A stretch of 64,000 nucleotides of DNA from Phallusia mammillata (taxonomy: Eukaryota). Position 1 is the stretch's first letter. Every line of letters begins with the position of its first letter. The notes below the pieces were generated by a model. It saw nothing but the letters and a program-made list of their open reading frames with translations. It made no database searches and was not told the DNA's origin. Positions 61,348 through 64,000 of this stretch are shown here, in pieces. The position numbers and the translations under genes were made by a program. The stretch covers positions 14,136,001-14,200,000 of the forward strand of contig OZ281495.1 in assembly GCA_965637545.1 (NCBI GenBank). Reading direction: 5' to 3'.

Positions 61348-61739
61348 GTCACGCATGGACAGAGAAATAGAACATTCGCTTGTACGCAATGAAGGAGCTC
61401 TGGACATGTTGGTTGCTGCACAGACGCTCTTTCCTAATTTAAGTTCGACATTGCAACTCTTGCACTATTACTTTCATTGATAAGATTTTTTTCCTTTGGT
61501 AGAATAATTCAGATAGATAGTTATCTAGAGATTGCACAATAGTTCTGACGACTTCGGGTATTTGTTTAAACGTTTACGTATCACAGTCAAATACGACATT
61601 TAACAAATTAACAGACAAGATTTGTATCAGTTTTAATCGTTTTTTTGTAACCTGACTATGTTTTGTTTCCTGATTACTTTAGGTGAAATATACAGTTAGG
61701 CAGTAACCAGCCGACAAAGGACCAGAACTGATTACAAGA

Positions 61740-64000
61740 ATGCTCTCGCGTTGGCCTACGTCCAGGATGTTCCTGGCGCTATTGCTTGAAAGTTTAAACC
61801 AAAACGTAACTGATCCACAACTGCAAAGAGACTGGCAATCATGCAGCGATGATTTGACAAGAGTAATTGAAGATGCGCAAAACCAAAAGTCCTACGCAGT
61901 TCAAAGTAAGTTTCAAATAACTTTTAGTTTATGACTAGGTGACATGTATATTGGCTACCCGAAGGGTGTAAAACTTGTTTTAATATGTTTTATTAAGCTG
62001 CAAAACTCAGCAATGTCAAACATGCGTTGTCAAAATACTAAAGAACGTTAGTTAACATCGATCATAAACGACCGTGTATAAAGGTTTTAGTAATGAATAA
62101 CTTGTACCATATTTTAAAGTTGGGTTTGTCATTTGTAGTGTTTGATTCCTGGGCAAAGCCTGAAGGCGGCATTATGGAGGGAAATGTTGGATGGCGGGGA
62201 CATTACTACGAATGTTTGGACGCCAAGAATAAAACGACGCCAATCTATGGCAGGTGGTGCATGTCCACGATGGGTTACACGTCCTTGGTGAGCAGCTGAG
62301 TTCACATCCATCAAATAATCTTCACAAATAAACGAACTGCCAGCGATAGTGATGAAATGACGAAAAATAAATGAACAACGACTTAAAAAGGCACTGGTGC
62401 CTGCTCCTGTAACAATAAATATACGCCATGGCAAGTATTGCAGTAGTTATTTTGCAAATAGGCCTGAAAGAGCTATTGTTTTGACATCCCAGCTTCTAAT
62501 AACCCCCGCTAACCCCCTAAGTTGTTTCAATGGGGGTCATTTTTATCGAGTGATGACGCCCGCGTTCCAACGTTTTTTTTTTTTTTTAAGTTTGAACTGT
62601 AATATTAGAACACAAAATATACGGGTTTTAAGGAAATTGTGGGATTTTGTACGTCAGCATCATGTATTCGGCTTTTTAACCGGTAAATAGAGTTACATGG
62701 AAAGCTTTTGCATAAACAAGCTCAAAGTTAATCCAAATTATGATGGGCAATAAGCAACACAATTTAAAACAATGTGAAATGGCGTCGCAACCCGCAATTT
62801 GAACACCCCAGCCCAGGTGTTACATGCGCCTTGTTTAAGAATCCCTGCTCGTGACACTTGTCCCTATTTATAATTTCAAAACTTTTTGTTGAAATTGGTC
62901 TTCCATTTGTTCGCTTTTACTCACCAATCTGAGTTACATTTGTATCATTTATTTAATCAGCCGTACGTGTATGGTTATCCAATGGCTGCCACAATCGGAA
63001 CCTGCTTTCCCACTTCATGCTCAGAGAAATCGGTTGAAACAATATTGAGGAGTTTTTACGCAAATCTAACAAACTCACCTTTACTATCGGTGAGCTGCCC
63101 CGTACTTGATCAGACATTCGGTCATATGGAAATTCTTGGCATGTAAGTTCTTAGTTTCTTTTATTAGCCCGCGACAGAAAAATGTGATAAAAAAACGTGT
63201 TATTTTTAACTGTTGCATAATGCTTAAATTAACCATTTTTTCGATTATGCCAGGGGTGTCCAAACATTTTTCAATGGGGACCAATTTATATCAGGTGAAG
63301 ACGCCGCGGGCCAACGTATTTTTGCAAAGTTTTTAACCGGAAAAAAATAACACAAAATTTACGGCATTTAAGGAAATGTTGGGATTTTGTTGCGTCATTA
63401 CCATGTTTACTTCCTTTTTACCGGTATATAAAATTCCATGGAAAAGTTTTCGCGCGAAGTGGCAAGACGCCACAACCAAAAATCAAATTATGATTCAAAT
63501 TATGGCGGGCCATACGCAGCAAAATTTGAAACAACAGCTGCGGGTCACTTCAAATGCCCTCGCGGGCCGCACTTTGGACACCCCTGGATTAAGCAATACT
63601 AATAATTTTCATAAACATAATTAACTCTCATTGTACTTTTGTACAAATCCAAAAAATCAAGGTATTGAAGTCCTAGCAGCTCGTTTTTAACAGTAAAGTT
63701 GTTGCTAAGTCTAATCGAGAATGTTATCTTAGGCTGGTGACGTTGATTTTTCTTCTCCTCGGTCTAGTGGCCACCGTGGCTGACTTGTACTGGCAGCACT
63801 ACAAAACCACAGCGCAAGAAGATGTTCTCAAGCCCACTCGCCCAAGTAACGTTGTTTTTAGCTCAAGACAAAACATGAACAAAAACAGTGATTTTGTATT
63901 TGTTTATATGTAGTTCTGCCGCGTCTTGCTGAATGCTTTTCGTTCGTGTCGAACGGCAAAAATATATTAAGCACTCGACGTTTACCCGGAATGATACCAG
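61740..64000 (+). CDS. nrf-6: NRF-6-like acyltransferase-3 gene, divergent paralog E (5' part; runs off the right edge)
   Basis: Exons about 61740-61905 (QSCSDDLTRVIEDAQNQKSYAVQ), 62139-62287 (FDSWAKPEGGIMEGNVGWRGHYYEC...GRWC), 62961-63142 (YPMAATIGTCFPTSCS), 63733-63845 (TM), 63914->64000 (CFSFVSNGKNILSTRRLPGMIP). Start codon uncertain. Confidence 0.85.
62510..62812. mobile_element. Degenerate copy of the 63251-63586 MITE family in paralog E intron
   Basis: Co-linear similarity (tttcaatgggg, gacgcc, ttaaggaaat.ttgggatttt, ttttaaccggta, catggaaa) ending in ttgaacacccc; left TIR lost. Confidence 0.6.
63251..63586. mobile_element. hAT-type MITE (336 bp) in paralog E intron
   Basis: TIR caggggtgtccaaa / tttggacacccctg; TSD gattatgc / gattaagc (1 mismatch). 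Confidence 0.85.

Noticed and set aside
1-64000. Prokaryotic features (operons, CRISPR arrays, horizontal transfer of acyltransferase-3 genes)
   Set aside because: All genes have spliceosomal introns in conserved phases and the animal NRF-6 domain; no repeat-spacer arrays or rRNA seen.

Overview
AT-rich eukaryotic (metazoan) DNA with compact GT-AG introns; the style fits an invertebrate chordate such as an ascidian, but the species cannot be fixed from sequence alone. The window is a mosaic of tandem gene families. (i) NRF-6-like membrane acyltransferases (NRF-6 N-terminal domain + acyltransferase-3 domain): partial A on the minus strand at the left edge, intact 14-exon B and C, D (preceded by an apparently identical 2,625-bp tandem duplicate of its 5' half, D1, and carrying a +1 frameshift), and partial divergent E at the right edge. 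(ii) One WSC-domain sulfotransferase (WSCD1/2-like) plus an inverted pseudogene relic of it lodged between C and D. (iii) Four intact 6-exon orphan class-A GPCRs and one chimeric pseudogene. These receptors have altered DRY/CWxP/NPxxY motifs, no canonical TM3-ECL2 cysteines and a conserved 5-Cys juxtamembrane module, and three have long ectodomains with syndecan-like FSGSG repeats. At least seven hAT-type MITEs are present, five with perfect 8-bp target-site duplications. Most short six-frame ORFs are exon read-throughs or spurious. Exon boundaries were read by eye and may be off by a few bases.
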